Shown in pieces: positions 31,755 to 42,186 of a stretch of DNA of 64,000 bases. The first letter of the stretch is position 1, and every line of letters begins with the position of its first letter. The stretch comes from an uncultured Nitrososphaerota archaeon (GTDB lineage: Archaea; Thermoproteota; Nitrososphaeria; Nitrososphaerales; CADDZS01): the NCBI GenBank assembly GCA_963799845.1, contig CAWCYI010000006.1, positions 1,344,001 to 1,408,000 on the forward strand. Direction: 5' to 3'. The position numbers were made by a program, and so were the translations under genes. The notes beneath the pieces were generated by a model, which worked only from the letters and a program-made list of their open reading frames with translations, was not told where the DNA came from and did not search any database.

Positions 31755-32210
31755 TCACTTCCCTAATTCGAGTTCCATCTGTACACCGTTTCTGCCCCGT
31801 CCATAGTAATTCCTTATCGTCCCGCGAAATTCGAATCCGAATTTTGTGTATAGCGACTGGGCGGATGTGTTGTCGGCAGCAACTTGAAGGATGAGCTTCT
31901 TGATCGCATTTACAGGAGAAACCTCCTTCGCGATTCGAATTGCATCACCTAGGAGACTTGAGCCCACACCCCGATTTCTGAAATCGGGATGGGTTGCTAG
32001 GGAGCTCAATACAAGTACTCTTCGCAATTTCAGCGGAGAAATGACGCAGTAACCAACGATTATATTTTCGAGAATCGCGACCCTAAACCCTTGGGGGAAA
32101 ATCTTCAACAGATGAACGAAGAGTCCTAAAGGATATGGCTCGTCGAATGATGCATTTTCGATTTCACTAACTGCGTTTAGATCTGCTGGCATGCAGTCGC
32201 GTATCTCCAT
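31755..32210 (-). CDS. RimI/Ard1-type N-acetyltransferase
   Basis: IENASF, RNRGVG, N..AQSLY and NYY. Confidence 0.88.
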   Translation of the reverse strand: MEIRDCMPADLNAVSEIENASFDEPYPLGLFVHLLKIFPQGFRVAILENIIVGYCVISPLKLRRVLVLSSLATHPDFRNRGVGSSLLGDAIRIAKEVSPVNAIKKLILQVAADNTSAQSLYTKFGFEFRGTIRNYYGRGRNGVQMELELGK

Positions 32211-32296
32211 TCCTGACTAAGATCCCCCGAAATAGACTTTTGACCGAAACTGCAAAATAAGAATTAGTCTCTCTTTGAAGGTGCATTAGAGCAGAC

Positions 32297-33136
32297 GTGC
32301 AAGTGTCGGAACGATCAGCATCGAGTGTCGCTAAGAATGTGAGCGGAAGCTCAGGATCTGATAAGAAATTACGATTTCTGGTGGAATTATCGGGATCCGA
32401 TAGTTCCGGATCAGTCTGCGTGAAGGTCAAATCAGTCTCCAGCTCGCTAACTTCGAGAAATGGCTGGAGGTACAGACGAATGATCGTCAATGATTCCTCA
32501 TTAGAAGCCGAGATGCTGATCTCAGAGGCAAACTTTGAAGAGTGGAAGTTCAAATCTGGCGACTTTCTCGCCTGCTCCGTCAGGAGCAATGGAGTGGATA
32601 ATGAAGGTAAGTTGAGCGTCTTTTTCAACTCCTTTTTGGGTCCCTTTGAGATTGCAGAACTCCTCTACGAGATTAACGATGATCTGCGCGAAATTGAAAC
32701 GCGTGGCGCGGGCCGTATGAAGCCCAGCGAGACCGTGTACCAGATCTCTGCTCGTGAGGCAAAGTCTCTGCTGGGCCTCATAAGGCTCTGGATCGATGAG
32801 GGAAAGCCCCAACACTACACTAAATGGTGCCAGATGCACCAGATCGTCGCAACCAACCTGTTTTACATGGGCCTCGTCAAAAGAACAGGTTCCATGTCAG
32901 GATACTACTACCCTACTGAAGAAGCCATGGAGTTTTTTGAAGGCAGGAGAAACATCTCGAAGAAGAGGGTTTTCACGAAGGGCAAAGACGGCCAGCACGT
33001 TTTGGCGGGCGAAGAAGGGGAGAAACGGTCTTTCGGCCAGTATTTAGAAGATTATGCCGACAGAGCATCTGCGCTGAAAGAGTACTCGGACGCCTTGGAG
33101 TCTTATCGAAGCAAGATTAAGGCAGAAAATGCCTAG
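32297..33136 (+). CDS. Hypothetical protein (possible C-terminal winged helix)
   Basis: 279-aa ORF. LFYMGLV...GYYYPT resembles a wHTH wing. Confidence 0.65.
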   Translation: MQVSERSASSVAKNVSGSSGSDKKLRFLVELSGSDSSGSVCVKVKSVSSSLTSRNGWRYRRMIVNDSSLEAEMLISEANFEEWKFKSGDFLACSVRSNGVDNEGKLSVFFNSFLGPFEIAELLYEINDDLREIETRGAGRMKPSETVYQISAREAKSLLGLIRLWIDEGKPQHYTKWCQMHQIVATNLFYMGLVKRTGSMSGYYYPTEEAMEFFEGRRNISKKRVFTKGKDGQHVLAGEEGEKRSFGQYLEDYADRASALKEYSDALESYRSKIKAENA

Positions 33137-33279
33137 TTTTTGGGGCTTTGACCTAACAAACGACTCCTTTTTGGAAACTCTAACGAGATTTTGGGTTGAA
33201 AATATCCCTAAAACCGTCTTAATTATGCACAAATAACGCTTATTTAGCAATCATATCCTCCCTCTGGATTGAACGAATA

Positions 33280-33750
33280 ATGGTCTCAGACAATGATATG
33301 AGCACTGAAGAATCAGGTACGGAAGAAATGGAAAATGAGAGTATGCATTCGGAGAATACGTCTAGCTCCGAGGTGAGCAGTCCCAGCCAAGAAACGGGGG
33401 CAGGTACCGCTTCGCAAGCGGCCAAGTCGAAATCGAAGGCGGGTGGTAGACGAGCTGCTCTGAGGATTCTACGAGAGAATGTAGACAATGTATCGAAAGA
33501 TCTCTCGAGTTTTAGAAAGAGCCATGAGGTTGGTTCTAAAAGAATGGAAAAACAGGTGTCCTCTCTTCGAAATGAGGTCGCTGGCCTGAAGAGTTACATC
33601 GCAAAGGAGAACTCGCGAGCGAAGGGTAAGCAGGAAGTGCTCTTGAATAAGATACTAGCAAAAGTGAACACGCAAAAAGCAAAGGTCTCGGCCGAGAAAA
33701 CCAGCATCAAGAAAAAAGTGGCCGCAAGGAAATCAAAAGGCAAGAAGTAG
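33280..33750 (+). CDS. Hypothetical coiled-coil protein with acidic N-terminus and Lys-rich C-terminus
   Basis: 156-aa ORF with strong charge polarity. Confidence 0.7.
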   Translation: MVSDNDMSTEESGTEEMENESMHSENTSSSEVSSPSQETGAGTASQAAKSKSKAGGRRAALRILRENVDNVSKDLSSFRKSHEVGSKRMEKQVSSLRNEVAGLKSYIAKENSRAKGKQEVLLNKILAKVNTQKAKVSAEKTSIKKKVAARKSKGKK

Positions 33751-33893
33751 CCAAAACAGACTTCATGTTTGTTATGCAGGGGATTTCTTTTTTCAAAAAT
33801 CTCCTAAATCCCTTTTTTAAGCCAAAGCCCGTATATACTTCAGTCCCTCTAATCTTCTTTTTGTCGTTCTAGTTTCCTTGGAGTTTTGGAAGG

Positions 33894-35275
33894 TTGTCCG
33901 TTCGCAATAAAATCTCTGAAGCTGTATTTCCCGATCGAAGCCGAGCTTCGCAAATCTCCGTGCTGGTTTTCGTTCTTGTACTGCTGTCAATGTCTTTAGC
34001 TTTTCCAAATTTAGGGACGCGAAGGAGTACGATTGTTTCCGCACAATCCACTGTGAATAACGAAGTTGTCGTAATCGAGCTTAACGTTCCTATAGACCAA
34101 GGAGTCTGTTAGCTTGGTCTCTCGCTCAATCGCGAGGGCGGAGGCAGATCACGCAGCGGCTGTGATCATTAATATGAATACGCCTGGTGGGTCGTTAAAC
34201 GACATGATATCAATCGTGGATTCTATTTCGAACTCCACCGTGCCTGTTTATACTTATGTTGGAAATGATTCCGGTGCGACTTCAGCTGGAAGTTACATTG
34301 CAATGGCGACAGACAAAATTTTCATGGGACCAGGATCGCAGATCGGCCCCTCTACTCCATACATTCTGGGAGGTGGTACAGCATTGGAACAAAATCACAC
34401 GACTGAATATGCCGTCTCGTTCTTGCAGGCCCTCGCCAGTGAGCATGGGAGAAATGTTACAGCGGCTACTCAAATGGCCACTTATGACATCGCGTATTCA
34501 TACTCTGATGCTCTAAAATATCACGTGGCAGATGCTAGCTCGTTCAGCCTTTCACAGACAATTTCAATGCTGAACTTGACTGGGGCGAGCGTAGTAACGA
34601 TCAGTGAAAGCCCAACAGAACAGCTCGTCAGTCTGTTATCAGATCCCACGGTTGACGGGATAATTCTGTTATTGGGCATCGTGGCGATTGTTTTGGACTT
34701 TTTGCATCCGACGATCATCCTTTCGATCGCAGGGGCAGGTACTGATCGCCCTTGGAATTATTGGGACTGAAGCTATCGAGAATGGAAACGGTTCATCTGC
34801 GGTCGCGTTACCCTTAGTCCTCTTTGCTGCAGCAGCGGTGCTGATCGTGCTTGAATTGAAGACGGGACACGGTTTTAGTCTTCTAGCAGGCGTGGGTGTC
34901 GGGGTGCTGGCAACTATTTTACTTGCATATCAAGTGCCATATTCGCCGTCACCTTTTGGGGATCTTCAGTACCTTGAACTGGGAATATTGTTAGTCGTAG
35001 GAGGATTGCTCGCGCTGTATGCTAGATGGGTGGGGGGCACTATCCGTGAAAGGCCGGTAACCGGAGTAGAATCGATGATTGGGAAAACGGGGATAGCATT
35101 GACTGATCTTGCTCCCAAGGGTGATGTCTCTGTCGACGGTATTATCTGGGAGGCCCAGATATCAAACCCCGCAGTTAGCAAAATTGAGAAGGGTACGAGC
35201 GTTAAGATTCTTCAAGTAAATGGACTTGTGCTTGAGGTTGAACCAGAAGCCATAAAGCAAAATGTAGAACTATGA
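33894..35275 (+). CDS. nfeD: NfeD-family membrane serine protease (frameshifts ~34104 and ~34739)
   Basis: NTPGG, ATSAGSYI, TM segments and C-terminal OB domain (GIIWEA), upstream of a stomatin gene. Confidence 0.85.
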
Positions 35276-35294
35276 GTGATAGAGCGTAATTTGC

Positions 35295-36161
35295 TTGGTT
35301 GACATTGCAACTCTTGCGGTTGTCATTTTTATCATCGTCGTGATCCTAGCCATCTTTCTATCAGGAATCAAGATCCTGAAAGAGTGGGAGAGAGCACCGC
35401 TTTTGACGCTCGGCAGATACCGAGGTCTTAGAGGCCCAGGACTAATTTATGTACCGCCTTTTATCAGCAAGATTCCCTACATCATTTCAACGAGACTTCA
35501 AGTGGCCTCTTTTAGGACGGAGCAGACACTCACGAGAGATAACGTTCCGGTCAATGTTGACGCTGTAATGTATTTTCAGCCTGTTGATGTCCAGAAGGCT
35601 ATTTTGAATGCCGAGAATTATAGCGCAGCGACTCAACTCGCAGCTCAAACTACTTTGAGAGAAACGATAGGTGGCGTCAGCTTTGACGACTTGCTTTACG
35701 AAAGAGAAAAAATTGGAGCTTCAGCTAGAGCGATAATCGATTCGAAAACGGAGGCGTGGGGCGTCAAGGTAACGGCCGTTGAAATCAGGGATATTGCGAT
35801 TCCTCCATCTCTTCAGGAAGCTATGTCAAGACAAGCGCAAGCTGAAAGGGAAAGACGGGCGCGTGTCACGCTAGCAGAAGCAGAGTTCCAAGCAGCGCAG
35901 AAAATGGTAGACGCGGCAAATCTGTATTCGGCAAATCCAAGAGCCATGGAATTAAGATGGATGAACATTCTTTACGAGCTCGGTTTGCAAGGAAGAGGCA
36001 CACTAATGCTCGTCCCGACGAACATGCCCACAGCTGGTGGATCTGTGATACCTCCATATGGAATCTTGGGAGTGAAGGATATCCAAGAAACGGGAGCCGC
36101 TCAGCCCTCTGTTTCGGGCGCAGGCGGGATGTCCACTCAGAAAAGCGGTACAACTAAGTAA
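35295..36161 (+). CDS. SPFH/stomatin family protein
   Basis: GPGL, TRDNV.V.VDAV, AQTTLR, WGVKV and QAEAER-like motif. Confidence 0.93.
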   Translation: MVDIATLAVVIFIIVVILAIFLSGIKILKEWERAPLLTLGRYRGLRGPGLIYVPPFISKIPYIISTRLQVASFRTEQTLTRDNVPVNVDAVMYFQPVDVQKAILNAENYSAATQLAAQTTLRETIGGVSFDDLLYEREKIGASARAIIDSKTEAWGVKVTAVEIRDIAIPPSLQEAMSRQAQAERERRARVTLAEAEFQAAQKMVDAANLYSANPRAMELRWMNILYELGLQGRGTLMLVPTNMPTAGGSVIPPYGILGVKDIQETGAAQPSVSGAGGMSTQKSGTTK

Positions 36162-36564
36162 GGGAATACGAGTAAAAGTTTCGCTTGCCGGTTCTCTTCA
36201 ATCGGCTTTTCTCACGGAGGATGCCAAGCGCTTGGCTTACTTTTCGGCTCGTAAAGTATTTTTCAGTTACCTCGCGCAGTTTTTCCCGGGTCTCACCAGT
36301 AGTTCTCGGCATCGAGAAAAACTTCGAGGGCATTACGGTAGATTCGAGTTCTCTCAATATTATGGCCGTCTCACTGACTCCTAATGCAGGATTCTTCTTC
36401 TTTCTCGAGCTAGTTCGAACAGAATTTTTTGAAGTGACATTCTTCCTAGAAATGCGTCCAGCGAGGTCTCGTAGCATCGGATAAGCCCTGATCAAATCCT
36501 CGGGATCTTTGCTCTCAACAGAGACAGAACCAAATTTCGTGGTGTATGAGATAATGTATTTCAT
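36154..36564 (-). CDS. Hypothetical basic protein with wHTH-like C-terminus
   Basis: FFSMPRT...VSQALGIL...LKR...YSY. Confidence 0.65.
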   Translation of the reverse strand: MKYIISYTTKFGSVSVESKDPEDLIRAYPMLRDLAGRISRKNVTSKNSVRTSSRKKKNPALGVSETAIILRELESTVMPSKFFSMPRTTGETREKLREVTEKYFTSRKVSQALGILREKSRLKRTGKRNFYSYSLT

Positions 36565-36724
36565 TGAAACGTCGCTCGATTTTTTCCTTGGATATTATCT
36601 TTGAGCAATCGTCTTTAGTTATATGGTTTATTTGAAATCCGTTCGATTGATGAAGTAAAAGGCCTATGAAAATTGACTTTGATTGTATTCATGATTCGTC
36701 AGAATTCGTCTCTCGTTAGAACCC

Positions 36725-37642
36725 TTGGCAACGGTTTCGTCAACCAAAGCATCGACTCATCACAGGGTCATCTTTGGAAACTGCATGGATATGCATGAGC
36801 TTGCCAAGGAATCCGTTGATTTGGTGGTTACCTCTCCGCCCTACTACAATGCTCCCTTCGATTATCGAGGGATGTACAGAGATTACGACGAATATCTTGA
36901 CATGCTCTCCCGAGTTGCAGACGAGCTCTTTCGAACAGTTAGAGATGGGAGGATAGTTTGCTTCGTTATCGACGACATGCTGGTCGACGGTGAAAAATTA
37001 CCGATAGTTGCGGATGCTACGACGATAATGAGGAAGACCGGCTTCAGATACCGAGATCGGATAATGTGGGTAAAGCCGAAGGGATACTCGAGAATCAGTC
37101 GCAGGTCGGGGGTTGTCATCCAGCATCCCTACCCCATGTACTTTTACCCGGACAACATTCAGGAAAGTATTCTCATCTTTCAGAAGGGGAGATTTGATTA
37201 CAGAAAGGTTCGGGAAATGGATCAGGCAGTTTTAGAGGCCTCGAAAATTGACAGCCGGGCCATAAACCAGAATGAGTGGAACCTAACTGTCTGGCCTATA
37301 ACAAACGTCCTTCCCACAAATAATCCACTTGAGAAAGGGATTGCGGCCTATCCGGAGGAGCTCGCTTCCAGGCTCGTGCAACTCTTTTCTTTTTACGGCG
37401 ATACCGTGCTTGACCCATTCCTGGGATCGGGAACGACAAGCAAGGTCTCGGCACTATTGGGTAGGAATTCTATCGGCTACGAACTGAACTCTTCACTAAA
37501 GGATCGGATCTCTTCGAAAATATCCTCTGCAGGACGCCTGGAGCTGAAGACTGAGCGGAGGCACGACTGTATAACGCCAATCGAGAAAGGCGAGGAAGAG
37601 GCCCCACGAATGATCGGTGGGCCTCGGCAGAGTCTGAGATAA
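36725..37642 (+). CDS. Orphan beta-class DNA methyltransferase (probably N4-cytosine)
   Basis: VVTSPPY precedes VLDPFLGSGTT. No adjacent restriction enzyme recognised. Confidence 0.9.
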   Translation: MATVSSTKASTHHRVIFGNCMDMHELAKESVDLVVTSPPYYNAPFDYRGMYRDYDEYLDMLSRVADELFRTVRDGRIVCFVIDDMLVDGEKLPIVADATTIMRKTGFRYRDRIMWVKPKGYSRISRRSGVVIQHPYPMYFYPDNIQESILIFQKGRFDYRKVREMDQAVLEASKIDSRAINQNEWNLTVWPITNVLPTNNPLEKGIAAYPEELASRLVQLFSFYGDTVLDPFLGSGTTSKVSALLGRNSIGYELNSSLKDRISSKISSAGRLELKTERRHDCITPIEKGEEEAPRMIGGPRQSLR

Positions 37643-37644
37643 GA

Positions 37645-38307
37645 TTATTCGACCGTGAGTATGTGAACCTCGCAGTTTTTCACTGCGCTCTTGAATTTCT
37701 TGGCATCAACTTCGGTACCAACAATCGCGCCATAGTGCATTGGGATCGCGATTTTCGGCTTGATCTTGCTGACCGCCTCAACTGCTTCGTCTGCAGTCAT
37801 GACGTAGGTGCCGGAGACTGGTAACAACGCTATGTCCGGTCTGAGATTTTCCATCTCAGGAATCAGGTCGCTGTCTCCGGTATGATAAATCGAGACGCCT
37901 GATTTCGTGGTGATTATGTATCCCACTTTTCCATCTTGCTTCGGATGAAACGGCTTGCCCGGCTCTGCAAATTTGTTTGTGTTATACGCCGGAACCGCCT
38001 TCACCTCAAAAGAGCCAAGCTTCACCCGATCACCGGGTTTAACAGTCTTGAACTCTTTTGGCGAAACTTTGTTTACCTCCTCTCTTGCCGCGGGGATTGA
38101 AACTACAATTGTGGAGTTAGGCTTTACTACTTTTTTGAGATCCTCGGGGTTTAGGTGATCAAAGTGCTCGTGAGAAATCAGAACGTAATCCGCCCGGACA
38201 TCGTGCTTCAGTTTGAATGGATCTACAACCAGTGTTTCTCCACCGTCTTCGATCTTGAATCCGTCATGCCCCAGCCAGGTTATTTTTGCGCCCTTGTATT
38301 CGAACAT
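37645..38307 (-). CDS. Metallo-beta-lactamase-fold hydrolase (UlaG-like)
   Basis: WLGH, SHEHFDH, YHTGD and IPMHY. Confidence 0.9.
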   Translation of the reverse strand: MFEYKGAKITWLGHDGFKIEDGGETLVVDPFKLKHDVRADYVLISHEHFDHLNPEDLKKVVKPNSTIVVSIPAAREEVNKVSPKEFKTVKPGDRVKLGSFEVKAVPAYNTNKFAEPGKPFHPKQDGKVGYIITTKSGVSIYHTGDSDLIPEMENLRPDIALLPVSGTYVMTADEAVEAVSKIKPKIAIPMHYGAIVGTEVDAKKFKSAVKNCEVHILTVE

Positions 38308-38439
38308 CCAAATCACACCATTAAACGGAAATTAGGCAGGCGAGAAAAGCTTTCCTTGATTTTTCCCGATCGCATTAGTTCCTGACGAAAGGCTTAAACT
38401 AGCCTGGGGAACTTCGCAGAGAGAGTAGAACCCGAATTC

Positions 38440-39276
38440 TTGCTACCTTCCTCATCTTCTCCGGGAGAGAGCACGAGCGAAGCTCAGCTCAACGCCCTTT
38501 CATCTCTTGGACTCTCGCAGTATGAGAGCAAGTGTTTTCTCGCATCGCTCCAAACAGGACCAGCCACAATAAACCAGATCGGAATAGTCGCCGGAGTTCC
38601 TCGAACGAAGGTTTACGGTGCAGTCCGGAAGCTAGTGGAGAGGGGTTTGATCGAGCAGAATGAAGATGATTTGAAGATTTTCGTCGCTAAATCGCCAAAA
38701 GATGTCCTGATCCCGCTTCTCGAAAAAGAGGATAAAAGGATCAAGCAGGGGATTGAGGCGCTAAACGAGCTTGAGGTAATCCACAAGTCGATGGCATTTG
38801 TGAAAAGAGCGGATGCGCTAAGGTCCAAGGTATCGAGATATTATCCGAGGTTTGTTGTCACGAGGAAAACGAGGGAACTCTTCCAGAATTGTCGGAAAAA
38901 AGTAGTGATATTGACGACTGCGAATGGACTCATCAGGCTGACGAAGATGTCAGGTATCTTATTTGAACGCGCTAGGCTCGGGATGACCCTTCAGATATTT
39001 ACTTCGACTCTCGATGAGCCGGTTTTCAACACGACGATCCAGAATTTGAAGGAGATTGAAAATTCGACGATTTCGCTCTTGCCTTCGGCCGCGCCAATTC
39101 AAGTTATTCTGGTCGATGAGCAGTATGTTCTCATCACTGAAGTAAAGCCGGATGATATTCGAGACGAGGGACAAGACGTGGCTTTTCTCATTCACAGCAC
39201 CGAGCTGACTGAAATGATGGAGAGCTTGATCCGCGTGTTGGCGACAGTTCACGCGGAACTCCAAACTGCGCGATGA
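38440..39276 (+). CDS. TrmB-family transcriptional regulator
   Basis: LGLSQYE...GVPRTKVY...LVERGL. Confidence 0.88.
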   Translation: MLPSSSSPGESTSEAQLNALSSLGLSQYESKCFLASLQTGPATINQIGIVAGVPRTKVYGAVRKLVERGLIEQNEDDLKIFVAKSPKDVLIPLLEKEDKRIKQGIEALNELEVIHKSMAFVKRADALRSKVSRYYPRFVVTRKTRELFQNCRKKVVILTTANGLIRLTKMSGILFERARLGMTLQIFTSTLDEPVFNTTIQNLKEIENSTISLLPSAAPIQVILVDEQYVLITEVKPDDIRDEGQDVAFLIHSTELTEMMESLIRVLATVHAELQTAR

Positions 39277-39342
39277 GAATCCGTTGCTACAAGTTTCTTC
39301 GATAACAGATTCCATTTGATAAACGGGGAGTAACTTAAGACG

Positions 39343-39925
39343 ATGGAAAAAACTCGCAGGTTCGTCGTCGGAATCTCTGGTGCGAGCGGTGTCATCTATG
39401 GTATTCGTCTGCTAGAGGTCTTGAAAAAGGCGAAGATCGAATCCCATTTAGTCCTGACTCCGGCAGCTAAGATTACGATCGCCGCAGAGACCCAGTATTC
39501 TGTACAGTCGGTCGAGAAGCTGAGCTTCGCGAATTTATAGATACAACGACATTGCGGCTGTTATTTCCTCCGGCTCATTCAAGACCGATGGAATGATTCT
39601 GATCCCCTGCAGCATGCATACTCTAGGCGGCCTTGCTTCGGGAGTCGCAGACAACCTACTCCTGAGGGCGGCTGAGGTGACGATGAAGGAGCATAGGCCG
39701 CTCGTAATCGTGCCAAGGGAAACACCTCTTTCCCTCATACATATCGAGAATATGGAGCGCCTCGCCAGGGCTGGTGTTATTCTTCTTCCCGCGATGCCCG
39801 GATTTTACGAGCGACCGAAGAGCGTGTCCGAGATCGTTGATCATATTGTGGGCAAAGTACTGGACATTGTCGGAGTAGAACACAACCTATTCAAAAGATG
39901 GGGCGGAATATCCGTTGACAAGTAG
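39343..39925 (+). CDS. ubiX: Flavin prenyltransferase UbiX (frameshift ~39535)
   Basis: GISGASG, ISSGS, PCSM.TL, VPRETP and PGFY. Confidence 0.9.
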
Positions 39926-39934
39926 GTCTTTCCA

Positions 39935-40492
39935 TTGCCTCTTTCCGATGTTACGTTGCAAATCACAGGCTGGATAAGAAAGAGAAGGTTTGCGAAAAAT
40001 CTTCCCATTCTTTTAGAGATGCTTTCTCCCAAGAAAGAAGATATTATACTTGACGTCGGCGCCGGCACAGGGATGATTGCAAACGAGATTTCTTTGCGTT
40101 GCGACGAGGTCTTTGCACTTGAACCAAACCCCAAGCGGGTGGAATATATGAAGAAGAAATATCCTCAGGTCAAGGCATTTGACGGGTCTGCTGAAAGCAT
40201 TCAATTTCCGGAATCGTATTTCACGAAAATTTACGTGATTAGCGCGTTTCATCACTTCAGAGACCGAGACGCGGCACTGTACGAATTTCATCGTGTGCTG
40301 AAGCCCAAAGGTGTACTTGTCATCAACGAGTGGGACCCCAGCTCAACCAGCTCCAGAGTAGAGAATTCTGTGGGAAAAGTCCAATTTCTAAGCAATAAAG
40401 AGCTCGAGGAAAAATTGCAGAATAACGAGTTTGTCGTCAAGGAATCCAGGAAAGCGGCGAGGGGTTATTTTGTCTCGTCAATCAAGACCTAG
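39935..40492 (+). CDS. Class I SAM-dependent methyltransferase
   Basis: LDVGAGTG, FHH and RVLKPKG. Confidence 0.88.
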   Translation: MPLSDVTLQITGWIRKRRFAKNLPILLEMLSPKKEDIILDVGAGTGMIANEISLRCDEVFALEPNPKRVEYMKKKYPQVKAFDGSAESIQFPESYFTKIYVISAFHHFRDRDAALYEFHRVLKPKGVLVINEWDPSSTSSRVENSVGKVQFLSNKELEEKLQNNEFVVKESRKAARGYFVSSIKT

Positions 40493-40818
40493 GCCCACGC
40501 TTCAGAATCAGTATCGCGAGGTACTAGGTTTATCATGTATCGGTCGATCGAGTCCACATCGTTGTCGATCCTCTCGACGGAGATCCGTCTGAATTTTTCG
40601 AAAATGTCCTTCAGGGCTTCCTGGTCTAAACCGTTTACCATTTGCGGATTCGTCAGCAGCGAAGCCCATCCTATGTTGCTCTGCTTCATGAACTGTATGC
40701 ATTCCATGATGTGGCTGACGTAGTCGAGGCGGTCTTTCGGGGTCGCCCTTTCGAGATCTTGCTTCAGGCTCATGATTGCTTCGCGGATTTTTGAAATATC
40801 CTTGTTCCAGTCGCTCAA
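40489..40818 (-). CDS. DUF2153-like helical protein
   Basis: DRLD...GW...L.NP pattern. Confidence 0.65.
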   Translation of the reverse strand: MSDWNKDISKIREAIMSLKQDLERATPKDRLDYVSHIMECIQFMKQSNIGWASLLTNPQMVNGLDQEALKDIFEKFRRISVERIDNDVDSIDRYMINLVPRDTDSEAWA

Positions 40819-40899
40819 CTTACTCTACCAATTACAGGATTTCGAGATATATTGATTTCAATACTTTGAAAAGCCGTAGAAGACTAGATCCGATTCGCG

Positions 40900-41538
40900 A
40901 TGCCCGAAGAAGCAAGGTTTGTGACCGTTGACGGGATCAGAATGCGGGTCAGAACTTCTCCCGATCTCGGCAAGGACTATTCGAAGCCGATCATTCTCCT
41001 GTTCCACGGTTACTCATTTTCTCTTGATGTGTGGGAAGGTACCGGCACTTTTGCCGCCCTTTCGCAACATGGCCTGCCTTACATTGCAGTAGACCTTCCA
41101 AGGGGCAAGGCGACAAAGTCGCAGAAGATCGAAAAAAAGTCGTTAAGCGACTACGTTCCGTTGTTGAATGATTTGATCAAGGAACTGGGCGTAAACTTTG
41201 GCAATTCAAAGTTTGTGATTATCGGTCCATCAATGGGCGGCGGGTTTGCCCTTGCGTTTGCGGTGGAGAATAGGGACAAAGTTCTTGGGCTTGTGCTCGT
41301 CGCACCGTCGTTGTCCGGAGTAAACGAGGAATCGCTGGGCAATTTGGAGATTCCAGTTCTGCTGATCTGGGGAGACAAAGATAATGTGTTTCCGGTGGAG
41401 CAGTATGGACGAGAACTGAAGCAACTCCTTCCACGATCCAAGTTATTGATCCTCAAGGGAGCCAGGCATCCAGCTTATTTGGATCGGCCGCAAGAATTCC
41501 ATGAACTGCTTTTCGACTTCATCGAAGAGATCTCCTGA
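40900..41538 (+). CDS. Alpha/beta hydrolase (ABHD14-like)
   Basis: FHGYSF, GPSMGG, WGDKD and HPAYLD. Confidence 0.88.
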   Translation: MPEEARFVTVDGIRMRVRTSPDLGKDYSKPIILLFHGYSFSLDVWEGTGTFAALSQHGLPYIAVDLPRGKATKSQKIEKKSLSDYVPLLNDLIKELGVNFGNSKFVIIGPSMGGGFALAFAVENRDKVLGLVLVAPSLSGVNEESLGNLEIPVLLIWGDKDNVFPVEQYGRELKQLLPRSKLLILKGARHPAYLDRPQEFHELLFDFIEEIS

Positions 41539-41654
41539 GTCCAAGAAATCTTTTATCCGTTGCTTCGTGAGTGTGTCTGAAATTGAGCCAGCCGACTACA
41601 CTTGTTTCAAAGGCACCGATTCTCGGCGAAGGGAAGGAGCAGTGGATTGTGAAC

Positions 41655-41759
41655 ATGAAATTTACCTGCGTTCACTGCGATGAGACATTTCTAACGAGGC
41701 CTGATCTCATGCGTCATTACGACGGCACAAGACACGACAAGTATTCGGCATGGATATGA
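41655..41759 (+). CDS. C2H2 zinc-finger microprotein (34 aa)
   Basis: MKFTCVHCDETFLTRPDLMRHYDGTRH fits F-x-C-x2-C-x3-F-x5-L-x2-H-x5-H. Confidence 0.65.
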   Translation: MKFTCVHCDETFLTRPDLMRHYDGTRHDKYSAWI

Positions 41760-41777
41760 CCCGATGATAGGTGAAGT

Positions 41778-42186
41778 GAGCTGTTTCAATTGAACGGGGC
41801 ATGAAACGAGCTGTCCTGAGCCTACAGAGATCGAAACGAGCTGATAGAAACCAATCTGTGGAGTACACGTGAACGGTTGTGGAACTTTCCTAGGGGCTCC
41901 CTCAATAATCGCTGAAACCATGTCTCCCATCAAAACGTACGCGCGCATGTAAAACGCAGAGAAAATTCAGTTCTAAAGATGTAAAGTTCTCGAACAAAAA
42001 TCTGCTAGATCGGCTCATGAAATTTCCAGAACATCCTCGAAAACTCGAAAATCCAATATGGAATGATCAACCCGACGATTGTCGAGAACGCTTCTTTGTG
42101 CATCCGTTCAATTCGTTCTGAGCTCTCTAAGCTCCGTTCGACTTGAAACGAGCTCTTCCGAGCTTACAGAGCTTGAACGTCAGCTC
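41778..42186. repeat. Non-coding block with two ~40-bp related repeats and 10-bp-phased AGCT motifs
   Basis: TGAAACGAGCTGTCCTGAGCCTACAGAG (41802) resembles TGAAACGAGCTCTTCCGAGCTTACAGAG (42144). Confidence 0.6.

Noticed and set aside
41778-42186. CRISPR array
   Set aside because: The repeats are degenerate, ~10-bp phased and lack unique 30-45-bp spacers. No CRISPR array was seen anywhere in the window.
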